Shown here: positions 26,005 to 38,439 of the stretch, in pieces
How positions within the stretch are numbered: position 1 is the stretch's first letter
Layout of the letters: each line of letters starts with the position of its first letter
DNA from: Mobula hypostoma
Taxonomy: Eukaryota
Direction of reading: 5' to 3'
DNA: 64,000 bases
Assembly (NCBI RefSeq): GCF_963921235.1
Contig: NC_086108.1
Span: 93,126,001 to 93,190,000, forward strand
Notes under the pieces: model-generated
What the model was told of the DNA's origin: nothing
Database searches by the model: none
What the model saw: the letters and a program-made list of their open reading frames with translations, nothing else
Position numbers and translations under genes: made by a program

Positions 26005-26510
26005 GTTCAAAGGTTTAAAGATTCATTTATTATGGAAGTATGTATGCAGTATACAACTGAGATTCATCGCCTTCAGCTAGCCACGAAACAAAGAAACCGT
26101 GGAGGTTGTTAAAGAAAAACTTCAAACCACACTCCCCAACACACACAAAGAAAACAAACTGTGCAAGTGGCAAGAACATCAAACCACAACCCCCACCCGC
26201 TGCACAAAAAAAACTTGCATACGGCGCCAATGGCAACAAGAAATAACAGCCACGCAGTCATCAAACCCCATACACAAGAAAACAAAAAGCGTGCCAACAG
26301 CTACAAATCACCCCCACGCAGAGAAACAAATTGTGCAAACTGCAAGAACACCAAACTTCACGCTGCCCCTGCACACAGAAAAAACTATCAAATCATGGCA
26401 AACAGCAACAAGAAAGAGCAAACCTCGTAAGTACAGCAAATCTTCATTTGCAGCATTCATCATTGAGGACCTCACGATCCAAATCGTGCTCTCTTCTCAG
26501 AGCTGCCTTT
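26005..26510 (-). repeat. Unclassified retroposon 3' end, three copies in the window
   Basis: Shared AAGGTTCA..ATTTATTAT..AGTATGT..TATACAAC..GAGATT..AGCCAC start at about 26005, 32253 and 63200. Confidence 0.6.
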
Positions 26511-27169
26511 AAGGAAGGAGGTATAGGAATCTTAGGTTCTACAACACCTAGTAGCACATACATCCACAGTAATGAGGTGTTCTGAGAGGTTGGTCAGTTA
26601 CAAAAAAAAAGTTTGTGAACCTTTTGCAGTTACTTGGCTTTCTCCATTAGTTACTCATAAAATGTGCTCTGATCTTCATCTAAGTCACAATGACTGACAG
26701 TCTGTCTAAACTAATAAAACATAAAAATTATACATTTCAAGTCTTTATTGAAGACATTGTTTAATCATTCACAGTCCAGGCTGGAAGTAGTATGTGAAAC
26801 CTTGTATTTAATAACTAGTAGAACTTCCTTTAGCAGCAATAACCTCCACCAAACATTTCCCTGTAGCTGCTGATCAGACTTGCTCAACAACAAAGAGGAA
26901 TTTTAGACCATTCCTCCACAAACAAAAAACTGATTCAGTTCATCGATATTTCTGGCATACCTTGCTTGAACAGCTCTCTTCAGGTCATATGACAGCACCT
27001 CAGTTGGGTTAAGATTGGACTCTGACTTGGCCATTCCAAAACACAGAATTTCTTCTTTTGAACCATACTGTTGTCAATTTACTCTTGCGTTTGGATAATT
27101 GTCTTGTTCCAATATCCATCTTCTATTAAGCTTCAGGTGATGGACTGCTACCCTGACATTCTCCTGTAA

Positions 27170-28016
27170 ATAGATGGATATACTTTATTGATCCCGAGGG
27201 AAATTGGGTTTCGATACAGCTGCACCAACCAAGAACAGAGTACAAACATAGCAATACAAAACCACAAACAATCAAATAATAATATGTAAACCATGCCAGA
27301 CGGAAGTAAGTCCAGCACCAGCCCGTTGGCCCAGGGTATCCGACCCTCCAAGGGAGGAGCTGCAAAGTTTGATGGCCACAGGCAGGAATGACTTCCCATG
27401 ATGCTCAGTGCTGCATTCCGGTGGAATGAGTCTCTGGCTGAATGTGCTCCTGTGCCCAATGGTGTAAATGATGCTACACGCCAACGTCAGGTTGGCAGAG
27501 GGAGGGATGTACACAACAACCACAATTGCACGCGAGATATCCCTTGGCAAATAATATGGCCGGAGTCCAACAGCAATAAGTTCAATATCTGGGCTACAAA
27601 CACGTTCCTTGATAGTAATATGACCAGGATTGCACCATCTGTTGTTAACCAGAACAGCGAGCCCCCCTCCTTTATGCTTACCGCTCTCAGTGCGCTTCCA
27701 GTCAGCCCGAACGGTCTGGAAGCCCTCTATAGAAATGTTTTGGTTGGATATGTCCTCGTGCAGCCACATTTCAGTAAGACACATAACATTGCACTCCCGA
27801 AATGTTCTCTGACTCCTGACAAACGTCGTCAACTCGTCCATTTTATTACCCCGCGATCTCACATTGCCCATAATGAGAGAGGGAAGACACGGCTTATAAC
27901 TCCTCTTCTCCATAAGTCTCTGTTGTCTCGACCTGGTCCTCTTCCCTCACATTTTTGATCCCCCTCTGCATCCTCTGTGTGTTTTCCTCCAGATTTCAGC
28001 CGGGGTGTCTGCCGCT
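27170..28016 (-). mobile_element. Internally deleted Rex1/Babar LINE (endonuclease N-terminus fused to 3' end)
   Basis: ORF 27272-27913: GNVRS..NKMDEL..CLTEMWL..KGGGLAVLVNNRWC..VYIPPSAN then directly HRSTFSQRLIPP..SFLPVAIKL; GGGATCAATAAAGT 3' end. Confidence 0.85.
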
Positions 28017-28030
28017 GAATGTCCTGATAC

Positions 28031-29131
28031 TGTCATAAGCGGGTGGCTGGGAACGGGCCCAAGTGCAAGACACAGACACTGAAGTACTAGGGACAGGACT
28101 AGGATACAGGGTGAGGGCTAGGACATGGACACGAAAACCGGGAACCCGGAACAGGACAGGACAAGAGAGCTAGGAGCCAGGGCTTGGACTCCGAGCCAAA
28201 GACTGGACAAGGACCCAGAACCTGGATCTTGCCTCTGGCTTGGACCCCAGAACTAGGCAAAGACGTGACTTGGCTGGCAGGCAGGACGAGGCTGGAGTCG
28301 TCAGGCTCGAGACTTGAGGTGAGGCCAGGGGCTTGAGGCGAGGCCGGAGACCAGAGGCTTGAGGATTGGGGTCTTGAAGCTTGGCTTGAGGGGAAGCTCG
28401 GCTAGAGACTTGAGGTGAGGCTCGTCTAGAGGCTTGAGGCGAGGCGAGGCTAGAGACTTGAGGTGAGGCGAGGCTAGAGACTTGGGGTCTTGAAGTTCCT
28501 CCTGGGCAGGGCGCGGTACTCCACCCGATGGAGACAAGGGACAGGAAGGGACAGAACCAACTGCAGGGTAACGGCAATCTGGCCTGACTTACCCGACGGA
28601 GGCAAGGGACAGGAAGGGACAGGACCCACCGCAGGATAATGGCAATCTGGCCTGGCTTACCCGATGGAGGCAAGGGACAGGAAGGGACAGGACCAACTGT
28701 AGGGTAATGGCAATTTGGGGTGACTTACCCAACAGAGGCAAGGGGCAGGAAGGGAGATAGGCACAGGGTGGCTCCAAGACAAGACTTCAGGCGAGACGAG
28801 GCAAGAGTTACCAGCAAGACCAGGCAAGGCTTCAGGCAGTGCAAGGCCAGACAAGAACTTCAGGCGAGGTGAGAGTTACTGGCAAGACAAGGCTGGGCTC
28901 CAGGAGAGGAAACAGAAGGCAGGGGAAGGGATACGAGGAGTAAGGATAAGAACAGTTTAGCAGCCACGCCCTGGTCTCTGGAGGTATTTATGCAGCCAGG
29001 CCCAAAGAGAATCAGCTGCCTCAATTAGTGCCAAACAGGAACAGAAACAGGGTAGACAAGAAAACCTGGAGCAAGGGTCGAGGGACCGGACCATGAACCG
29101 GAATGCGGACTTCACGGATCGGACCATGACA
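28031..29131 (-). mobile_element. Solo LTR (1101 bp) with internal tandem repeats
   Basis: TGTCAT...ATGACA termini; perfect 5-bp TSD GATAC; minus-strand CATAAATA TATA-like box near 28985; 68-bp and about 24-bp arrays. Confidence 0.88.
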
Positions 29132-30269
29132 GATACAATTTAGAATTTATTGTTCCCTCAAAAGTTGCAAGCTGTCCAGGCCCTGAGGCAGCAAAGCAGC
29201 CTCAAACCATGATGTTCCTTCCACTGTGCTTGATAATTAGGATGAGTTTTTGGAGTTGGTGTCCAGTGCCCTTTTCCCTCCAACTATAGTGGTGTGCAAT
29301 TCTGCTTAAAAGTTCAACTTTTGTCTCATCTGTCCACAGGACATTGTCCCAGAAGCATTGTGGAATATCCAAGTGGCCTTTTGCAAACTTGAGACGTGCA
29401 CAATGATGTTTTTGGAGAGTAGTTGTTTCCTCCGTGGTGTCCTTCCATGAATACCATTCTTGTTCAGTGTTTTTCTTACAGTGGCAAATGAACAGAGACT
29501 TTAGCAAGTTCTAGAGATTTCTGCAGGTCTTTTGCTGTGACCCTTGAATTCTTTTCCATATCCTTCACCATTGCATTGTGCTCTTTGCAGGATGCCCACT
29601 CCTAGGGAGAGTAGCAACAGTACTGAATTTTCTCCATTTGTAGACAATTCCTCTTCCTGTGGACTGATGAACACCCAGGTCTTTAGAAATGCTTTTATAG
29701 CCTTTTCCAGCCTCATGCATCGCTGCCATTCTTCTTCTACAGTGCTCTGAAAGTTCTGATCAAGGCACATAAACAGATATTTCTTGAGAAGAACAGGCTC
29801 TGTCAGTAACTTGACTTTATGTATCTTTTTTTATAGGGCAGGGCATCTCTACAACCCACACCTCCAATCTCATCTCACTGATTGGAATACTTGATTCCAA
29901 ATAACTTTTGTAGGAGGCATTACTACAGAGGTTCACGTACTTTTTTGACCTAGACTGTGATTGTTTAAATAGTGTACACAGTTTTGATGGGAAGAAGTAC
30001 AATTGTTTGTTAAGTTTAGGCAGATTGTGTTTGTCTATTACTCTGACTTAGCTGAAGATCAGATCACATTTTATGAGTAATTAATGCAGAAAACCAGGTA
30101 AATGCAAATGGTTCACAAACTTTTTCTTGCAACTTGTGTATCAATTCCTGAACTCCTACTTGGATCTATTCTAATTTGCATAAAAGTGCAACAGGTCCTC
30201 AGCAGATGCCATCTCAGTGGCTCTTCACTCAGCCCTGGAACACCTGGATGGCAAAAATACATTCATCAG

Positions 30270-31575
30270 GATATTCTTTATTGACTACAGCTCCACATAA
30301 ATACCATCATCCTCTCAAAACTAATCAATAAGCTTCAAGGCCTTGCCCTCAATACCTCTCTGTGCAATTGAATCCTCCATTTCCTCACTTGCAGACCCCA
30401 GTCAGATTGGATTGGCAACATCTCTTTCACAATCTCCACCAGCACAGGTGAACCACAAGGCTGTGTGCTTAGCCCCCCTGCTCTAGTCATTTTACACTTA
30501 CGACTGTGTGGCTAATCACAGCTCCAATGCCACATTCAAGTTTGCTGATGACACCGCTACCATGGGCCGAATCAAAGGTGGTGATAGATCAGCATAGAGG
30601 AGGGAGTGGTGCCACAACAACAACCTGTCAGTCAATGTCAGCAAGAGCAAGGAGCTGATTTATTGACGTCAGGAGGAGGAAACCAGAGGTCCATGATCCA
30701 GTCCTCATCAGGGGATCAAAGATGGAGAGGGTCAGCAGCATTAAATTCCTTGGTGTTATCATTTCTAAGAATCTATCCCAGCACGTAAGTGCAATTACGA
30801 AGAAAGTATGACAGAGCCTTTGCTTCCTTGAGGTTTGCGAAATCTCAGCATGACATTGAAAACTTTGACAAACTTCTATAAATGTGTTGGAGAGAGTTTA
30901 TTGACTGGTTGCATCATAGCCTGGTATGGAGACATCAATGACCTTGAATGGAAAACTCTACAAAAAGAAGTGGATATGGCCCTGTCCATCATGGGTAAAG
31001 CCCTCCCCTCCATTGAGGACATCTGCATGGAGCGCTGTTCCAGGAAAGCAGCATCTATCATCAAGGATTGCTACCATCTGGACCATGTTCTCTTCTCACT
31101 GCTATCATCAGGAAGAATGTGCAGAAGGCTCAGGACTCACATTACCAGGTTCAGGAACAAGTATTACTCCTCAAATATCGGGCTCTTGAACCAGTGGATA
31201 ACTTCACTTCTTACAACTTCACTTGCTTCATCACCGAACTGCTCCCACAACCTATGGAGTCGGTTTCAAAAACTCATCATCACATGTTCATTCATTCATT
31301 CATTTATCTATCTGTTTATTTATTTATTAATCTATCTGTTTGTTTGTTTGTTTATTTATTATCTCTTTTGTATTTGCACAGTCTTTCATTGATTCTATTC
31401 TGGTTTTTGGATTTACAGAGTCTGCCCACAAGAAAACAAATCTCTGGTTTGTATACGGTGACATATATGTACTTTGATAACAAATTTACTTTAAACTTTG
31501 AAATTTAAGGTTGTCTTCTTTTGCACATTGTTTCTTATGGTGACATATACATATTTTGATAATAAATTTATTTTT
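30270..31575 (+). mobile_element. Degraded Rex1/Babar LINE 3' fragment
   Basis: DYSS, PQGCVLSP, KFADDT at nucleotide level; ORF 30835-31392 LTNFYKC..LTGCIIAWYG..KAASIIKD. Confidence 0.88.
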
Positions 31576-33404
31576 CCATGATCCTTTGCCTTCTGTGACC
31601 AAGTCAATATTGTTTAGTTTACCAACTCATTGTGGCTCCCGTGTAACTTAATCTCCTAAACCAGATTTCTATGACAGACCTTTTCAAAGTCATTTTGTAA
31701 ATGATATCCACTACCCTATTCCTCATCAATCATCTTCATCTCCTCTTCAATAAACTGAACCAAGTTTCTGAGACAGGTCTTCCCCTGTATTAAGGCATGT
31801 CAAACTTCCCTAATAATTCCATGCTTTTCCAAATGGGAGTAAATCAGTCGTTAAGAATCATCTCCATTAATTTCCCTAACGTATTCAGGAACTGTTGACC
31901 ATTTCATCACATTAAATCCACAAGTTTGCTATGTCTTGGGACATGCAATGCAGATTACGAGCAGCTAGATGGAACTAGTTAGATGTGACAAATACCCTTC
32001 TTACACGATGTAGAGTGAGTGCTGCCATGAAACATTAAACCAATCATGTCCATTTTAGATCAAACTTTACTTCTAAACAGTAATGAGAATTAAAGTAAGG
32101 AGCAAATAAAGTACTGATTAGGACCAGGTATAATCACTTGTTGCTGTAACTCTAGTGATGAGTTTCATTAGGCTTCAGTGGTACACTGTTATGTTGCACC
32201 AGCTACAGAGGTGAATGACTGGATCCTAAGTGTCTGAATGACCATGACTACTAAAGGTAAAGGTTCAAAGGTTCATTTATTATCAGAGTATGTCTGCAGT
32301 ATACAACTCTGACATTCTTCTTCTCTAGATAGCCACAAAACAAAGGAAAGACAAGGAAGTTAGTTCTGCAAACCCACCCCTTCCTCACACAAAGCACATG
32401 ATCATCAATCCCGAACTCGAAAATGATCCAGTTACTTGTGGACCATGATACCATAAACTACGATTTTTAATTCACCAATACAATAATACTGCTTGAAAGT
32501 ACCTTCTTGATTAGAGTCATAAAGTCAGAGAGCAATGAAACACGAATACAGGCCCTTCAGCCCATCTGGTTCATGCTGATGATGGTGACTATCTAGCTAG
32601 TTCCACTTTTCTGTGTTTGGCCCATATCCCTTTAATCCGGGTCCCTCCAGTTAAACCATTGATTCAAAAGCTTCTTAAATGATGCTATTCCCTCAACCAC
32701 TTCTTCTGGCAGCTTATTCCAATAAGCACACCACTCCCTGTGGGCAAAGGTTTCCCCTCAAGTCTCTTTTAGATTTGTCAACTTTCCTATATCCCCACAC
32801 CCCCACATGTTTTGGACTCCACTACCCTGGGGGAGAGACTGTTACTCTTCATCTATGAATATGACCAAAAAAAAAGATGAGAAAATTTATTCTGAGGAAC
32901 AGAAATCCGAATCAGAATTTTTTGCTTTGTCCACAATAGTGTTTCATGAATGGAGATATATTTTTGTGCTGCCTCCGTTGCTGTGTTAAAAACTAAATAT
33001 TTTTTAAATTTATACTTTTCTACCTAAGCAAGTTGAAAGTCTGAAATGTCATGAAAGGAAGTTTAACAGACAAATGTCCTCCCTGTATCAGAATGCATGA
33101 GGCATTAAAAGACAGATGCTGCCAGACAAAAACAAGCACAAGGATCAGACTTCCACAAGAACTGCGTTTGATCTCTGTTGGATGGAGATCACTCACAGAG
33201 ATTCATGTTCAGGGGTTGTCAGCATTTACCCTGCCAGGAAATTGTGCAATAAATTTTCTAAAATCATTAATGCAAAATCATTTTTTCTGTGGATTTTTAA
33301 CTAAGTCTGCATGGGTTTCAAACCTTCTAAAAAATTGATGCATACCTCTCAGTGTTCTATAGTTGGAGTTTGTGTCACTCGTTTACCTTAGGTTAATGAA
33401 GATT

Positions 33405-35170
33405 CATAGAATAGTACATCACAGAAACAGGACCTCCAGCCTAATTTCTTCATGCTGAACTAAATGCTTATCTAAGGCAATCCCAAATGCCGATATGCAA
33501 CCCATATCCTTTACTATCCATGCACTTGTCCAAAGTAAACATTGTAAATTTACCTGCTTCTACCACCTTCTCTGGGACTTATTCCCACCTTTGTCTCTGC
33601 GAAAAACTTTCCTCTCCTATGCCCTTTAAATTTTTCCCTCCACCATAAAGATATGGACCTAATTATAGGCTCCTCTGCCCTGGGGAAAAATAGACTATCC
33701 AATCTATTTACTTACTTACTACCCATTACACCACTGGCGTTTAGGACTGCAATGAAGGCCCTCTATCTCTGTCTGTCCATACCCTCACACGCAGATGTAG
33801 ACAGATTCTTCATTACTGTTTCCGTACAATTTTTTTTGTCCGGTATGGTTTATTAGTCCTGAACTGAACCGCTGAACCTGGAGGACTGGTAGACCACTCT
33901 TGGTCTGGCCTCTACACTTTGACCTGTTTGGCACGGCTGACTCTACCAACAGCCAAAGCACAAGGCCCTGACTCTAGCCAACAAAGCTCTCTGAGTTATT
34001 GTGGCACGCAAATCTCCAAACCCCGCAACAAGGTTGTGGTCCTCTTGGAGTATCCTATCTACGTCTATCATAATTTTATAAAGTTCTATAAGGTCACCAT
34101 CCTGCCTCCTTCTCTCATGGAAAAACTAACCCAGACTGTCCCTCCTTATAACTCAAGCCCTCTAGTCTAGGCAACATCCTTGTGAATTTTTTCTGCACCC
34201 GCTCCAGCTTAATCATATGCGTGGAATGCAGGGCTGTATATGGCACATTATTGCAAATGTGGTCCCATCAGAGTTTTGTAGAACTTCAACTCTTGTTCTC
34301 AATGCCTCAGCCAATGATGGCAAGTATGATATGTATCTTCTTCATCATCCCATCAACCTGTGTTGCCTCTTTCAGGGAACTATATATATACTTGTACAGG
34401 GGTTCTATCTCTCTATGTTCAACTTACATAATACTGAGCCTTGACATTTACTGTGTGTATTCTGCCTGGTTTAATTTACCAAAGAACTTCGCTTCACAGT
34501 TGTCTGAATTCAATTCCATCTGAATTAAATTCCATCTGCTGTTCCTTTTCCCATTTGATCCTTTACTGACAACTTTGATGTCATCTGCAAACTTATTGAT
34601 CATGCCCTCTACATTCCCATCAAAATCCTTCATATAGATAACAAGCAACAGGAGACCCAGCACCGACCCTTGTGAAGCATCACTTGATACAGGCCTCCAA
34701 ACTGAAAACAGTCCTCCACTCTCTGCCTCCTCCCACCAAGCCAATTTTTATCTAATATGTTACCTCACCTGAGATCCCATGTGTTCTAACCTTCTGGAGT
34801 GGCCTATCGTGTAGAACCTTGTCTGAGGCCTTGCTAATATCCATGGAAACAACTAACCCCCTTGCCTTTCTCAATCTTCTTGGTCACCTCAAAAAAAACT
34901 TCATCAAATTTGGGAGACATGATTTCCCTCAAACAAACCAAAATCTGTCCTCATCTTTCCAAATACAAATACAATTCTCTCTCTCAAAATCCTCTCAGTA
35001 ACTTTTGCACCACTGTTGTAATACTCAGCAGTTTCTAGATCCTTGGCTTGGCCCTTCTTAAATCAAGGCACAACATTAGCCACATTGCAATCTTTTAATC
35101 CTTTATTCATGCTTAATAAAGATATGAATAAATCTACCAGAGCCCCAGCAAATTCTTCCCTTGATCTCCA
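33405..35170 (-). mobile_element. Old CR1 LINE fragment (host of 33705-34050)
   Basis: SQGSVLGLLL..KFADD in ORF 34448-34744; CR1 3' UTR near 33405. Confidence 0.8.
33705..34050 (-). mobile_element. Short RTE-type non-autonomous element with (TAAG)n tail
   Basis: TTACTTACTTACT tail at 33708; RTE/Expander-like 5' leader (ACCACAACCTTG..GGGGTTTG..CAAACAGGTC..GGCCAGAC.AAGAG); flanks TATCCAATCT/TATCCTATCT; interrupts a CR1. Confidence 0.6.
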
Positions 35171-35321
35171 CAGCCTACAACATTCCATGTTAATCTAATT
35201 TTTTACATTATGAAACATACTGAGCAGCATTGTGTCTACCATGAATACAGCAGATTTTGTTTTTTCCTAAGATCCCAGAATCATCATTTGGAAATACTTT
35301 CAAAAATAACACTGAGTGATC

Positions 35322-35675
35322 TTAGAACATAGAACATAGAAATCTACAGCACATTACAGGACCTTCAGCCCTCAGTGTTGTACCAGCTACTCCAGAAACT
35401 GCTTTGAATTACCCTACTGCATAGCCCTCTATTTTTCTAAGCTCCATGTACCTATCTAACAGTCTCTTAAAAGACCCTATTGTACCCACCTCCACGACTG
35501 TCACCGGCAGTGCACTCCGCACCACTCTCTGTGTGAAAAGCTTACCCTTGACATCATCCTTGTACCTACTTCCAAGCACCTTAAAACTATGCCCCACGTG
35601 TTAGCCATTTCAGATCGGGGAAAAAGCCTCTGGCTATCCACATGATCGATGCCTCTCATCATCTTATACACCTCA
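35322..35675 (-). mobile_element. CR1 LINE 3' end
   Basis: GHSFKVLG..FTQRVV..FKRLLDRYM; (AGAACAT)n tail. Confidence 0.9.
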
Positions 35676-35919
35676 AACAATTACTCTATGGCATTAATCT
35701 TCTCACTAAACAATAATTCTATGGCATTGATTATCAGTATTTGTCTGTACTGTCTCATAGAAAGAGCAGCAGTGAATTGTGGCCTTGCAGGCAATGCCAG
35801 TTTGACAAAAATTTTAATTAAAAACTGAGAACAGAGAAAGCCTGATTGAAGTGACAAGTGTCAATGTGATTCTTGCACATGGGAGAAATCAATTTCAAAA
35901 TAATAACGTTTACCTGCAA

Positions 35920-36355
35920 TGTGACAGCATGAACGTCGATTTGCCTAACTACAGTAATTTCTCCTCCTTCCCTTTCTCTCTTCTTCCAGTCCCCATTCTG
36001 GCTCCCCTTTTACCTCTTCTCGTCTCCTTATCTCCTTCTTCTGCCCCTCCTCCTTCCCTTTCTCCCATGATCTACTCTCCGTTTTACCTTTTCCATATCA
36101 CCACCCAGATTCTCACTTTATCCACTCCCCCCCCCAACTTGGCTTGACCTATACCTTCTAGCTTGTACTCCTTCTGCCCTCCCCCTCACCTTCTTATTCT
36201 GCCTTCTATCCCCTTCCTTTCCAGTCCTGACAAAGTGTCTCGACACAGAACTTTGACTCTTTATTCCGCTTCATAGACGCTGCCTGACCTGTTGAGCTCC
36301 TCCAGCATTTCGTGTGTTACTCTGGATTTCCAGCATCTGCAGAACCTCTTGTGTT
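35920..36355 (+). mobile_element. Penelope 3'-end fragment with decayed hammerhead
   Basis: ATGAACGTCGATTT matches the Penelope ORF end; pyrimidine tract; CCAGTCCTGACAAAGTGTCTCGACACAGAACTTTGACT. Confidence 0.7.
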
Positions 36356-36409
36356 TGCCAAATAACAATGGTTTTCCAAATACAATGAATGCAATAACTG
36401 ATAAGGGAG

Positions 36410-36616
36410 CAACACTCCCTCTAATTTTTTTTTTAACAGCTGCGTGGACTAACCATTGATCCGAGCAGGAAATTTTTACACAGCCTGAAAACTGCACAGC
36501 ACTTTAGTAAAACATCGTAGTATAAAAGGAAATGCCAGCTGCGCGGCAACAAAGGCTACATGCATGGAAGCATTTTAGTTACTGCGCAACTGCGCCCCCA
36601 CACAGAGGAAACAGTG
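36410..36616. mobile_element. Possible degraded hAT-type MITE
   Basis: Imperfect inverted ends CAACACTCCCTCT / AGAGGAAACAGTG with GCTGCG repeats. Confidence 0.4.
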
Positions 36617-37079
36617 TAAGGAAGAAACAGTAGGTCTACTTTAGAAACATTTGAGCTCGTCCATTCCAACACGTTGAATGGAAAGGAGTGATCCAAACAC
36701 ATTGGGAAACTTTGGCACAGTCCCTGGCTGAGTGCCATTGGACCAGCTCCGTATTTATGCTTTCTGTGTAATACTAATGTTTTCCAACTCTGTGAAGCAC
36801 ACATCACTCTCTCGCTCCTGAGAGACTGCCTCAGGAATTCTGCAGAGTCATGCTGCTTCCTTCCCTGACTCAGTCCTCTGGCAGTAGCTTTCTTTCTTGT
36901 CCATTGTCTGGCTGCACCCACAATCGTCCCATGTTTTTGAGTATGAGCTGTTTCCACTCAGCGGATTCGACTACGGATCCAATTGGTGCCAAAGGGAAGG
37001 GGCAGACAGGCTGGGGATGGAGAAAGGCACTTCATTATAAAACTATATGGTATATATTGGTTTTCACTGCTGGGGTGAT

Positions 37080-37362
37080 AATGGGATAGTAGTCGTTAGC
37101 ACAACACTTTACCTGTGACCTGGGTTCAATTCCTGCCACTGCCTGTAAGGCATTTGTAATTCTCCCTGTAACTGTGTGGGTTTTCTCCGGGTGTTCTGAT
37201 TTTCTCCCACAGTCCAAAGATATATCAGTTGGTAAATTAATTGGTCATTGTAAATTGTCCCATGATTAGGCTAGGGTTAAATCGGGGGATTGCCGGTCGG
37301 GGCAGCTCGAAGGGCCAGAGGACCTATTCTGCACTGTATCTCAATAAAGTAAAATAAAATAA
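37080..37362 (+). mobile_element. tRNA-derived V-SINE (HE1-like) with CR1-type tail
   Basis: B box GGTTCAATTCC; GTGGGTTTTCTCCGGGTG..TCCCACAGTCCAAAGA V-domain; A-rich tail. Confidence 0.85.
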
Positions 37363-38439
37363 GCATATGAGATGGGTTACCCGCCCTGAACCAAATCAGC
37401 CCAGTTTTCAGTCACCCAGGAAGGGAAGCCCGAAAATTAGTCCCAAATTTCCACCTTCATTGTAAGTAAAAAATATAGAAAACACAACAGATCAGTTGTA
37501 TCTGTGAACTCAACAGATGTTTGCATTATGGCTTGTACCCATCGTCAGAACACTACACTTATGATTGCTTTATAGTTTAACTTGTGTCTATTACACATCA
37601 GCTTGTCTTGGTATCGGCACACTTTCCTTCACAAATCAAAGGGTGGTGGGTTCATGCCACACTGAGTACGTTATTTAGGTTTACCTCAGGTGAAGGATTA
37701 CGGGAATGTCAGTGGTATATTCTCAAGTTCAACTTTATTGTCATCCGCATACATGTATACCACCGAATGAAACAATGTTCCTCCTGACCAAGGTGCACAA
37801 CACAGGCCATATAACTTATTTAAAGTAATATTACCAAAAATAAATTAACAAATAATAAAATATATTTCAGAAGATTGACATTTAGCATGAGGTGCATTTA
37901 CAACACAAGTTAAAAAGTAAACAGTTTAATGTTACTATTGCTTCATACATGATGAGACTGGAAGGGAGTTCAGTAATTTCATGGACTAGGTTAGAAGCTG
38001 ATTCCCATCCTAACAGTCCTTATCCTGATGCTAAAGTGCCTTCTGCCTGATGGTAGGGGGTCAGAGAGATTGTGGGATGAATGGGAGAGATCCTTGTCAA
38101 CACTAAGGCCCCCGCGTACACAGATTTCCTGATAAGTATCTACAAAGAAAGAGTTGATGACAGATAGTCCTCTCAGCAATCCGTGCAATCTTGTGGTCTT
38201 GTGGTCATCTTTTGGATGAGCTGTTCAACTAATGAAGATCTGTCTGGTTAGGTGGATGTAAAATATAACCATATGCTCTTTGAAACTAGGGAGGGATGCC
38301 TTTGCAAACATTTCCCTCTCAGCCACCATACTCAAAGTTATTATGGTGCAACCAATCCTCTGCCTTGACTTCTGGTCAGGCCCCTTACAGAAAGCAACAG
38401 GAATTGCACTTCAAAACTAATTCCTCTATCAGCTCTGCA

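Larger units (their letters stand above)
26595..30136 (-). mobile_element. Full-span Tc1-like transposon with long TIRs, decayed transposase and two nested insertions
   Basis: TIRs CAGTTACAAAAAAAAAGTTTGTGAACC / GGTTCACAAACTTTTTCTTGCAAC with extended inverted identity (TACTCATAAAATGTG..CTGATCTTCA); ORF ARLKFAKGHL..NVLWTDETKVEL..KHSGRNIMV. Confidence 0.92.

Noticed and set aside
26099..26585. Overlapping K/T/N-rich ORFs
   Set aside because: An artefact of A/C-rich composition on the antisense strand of a repeat found three times in the window.
28523..28760. 68-bp periodic array as CRISPR or coding repeat (ORFs 28170-28854)
   Set aside because: The whole unit is repeated, it lies inside a solo LTR, and the ORFs are low-complexity by-products.
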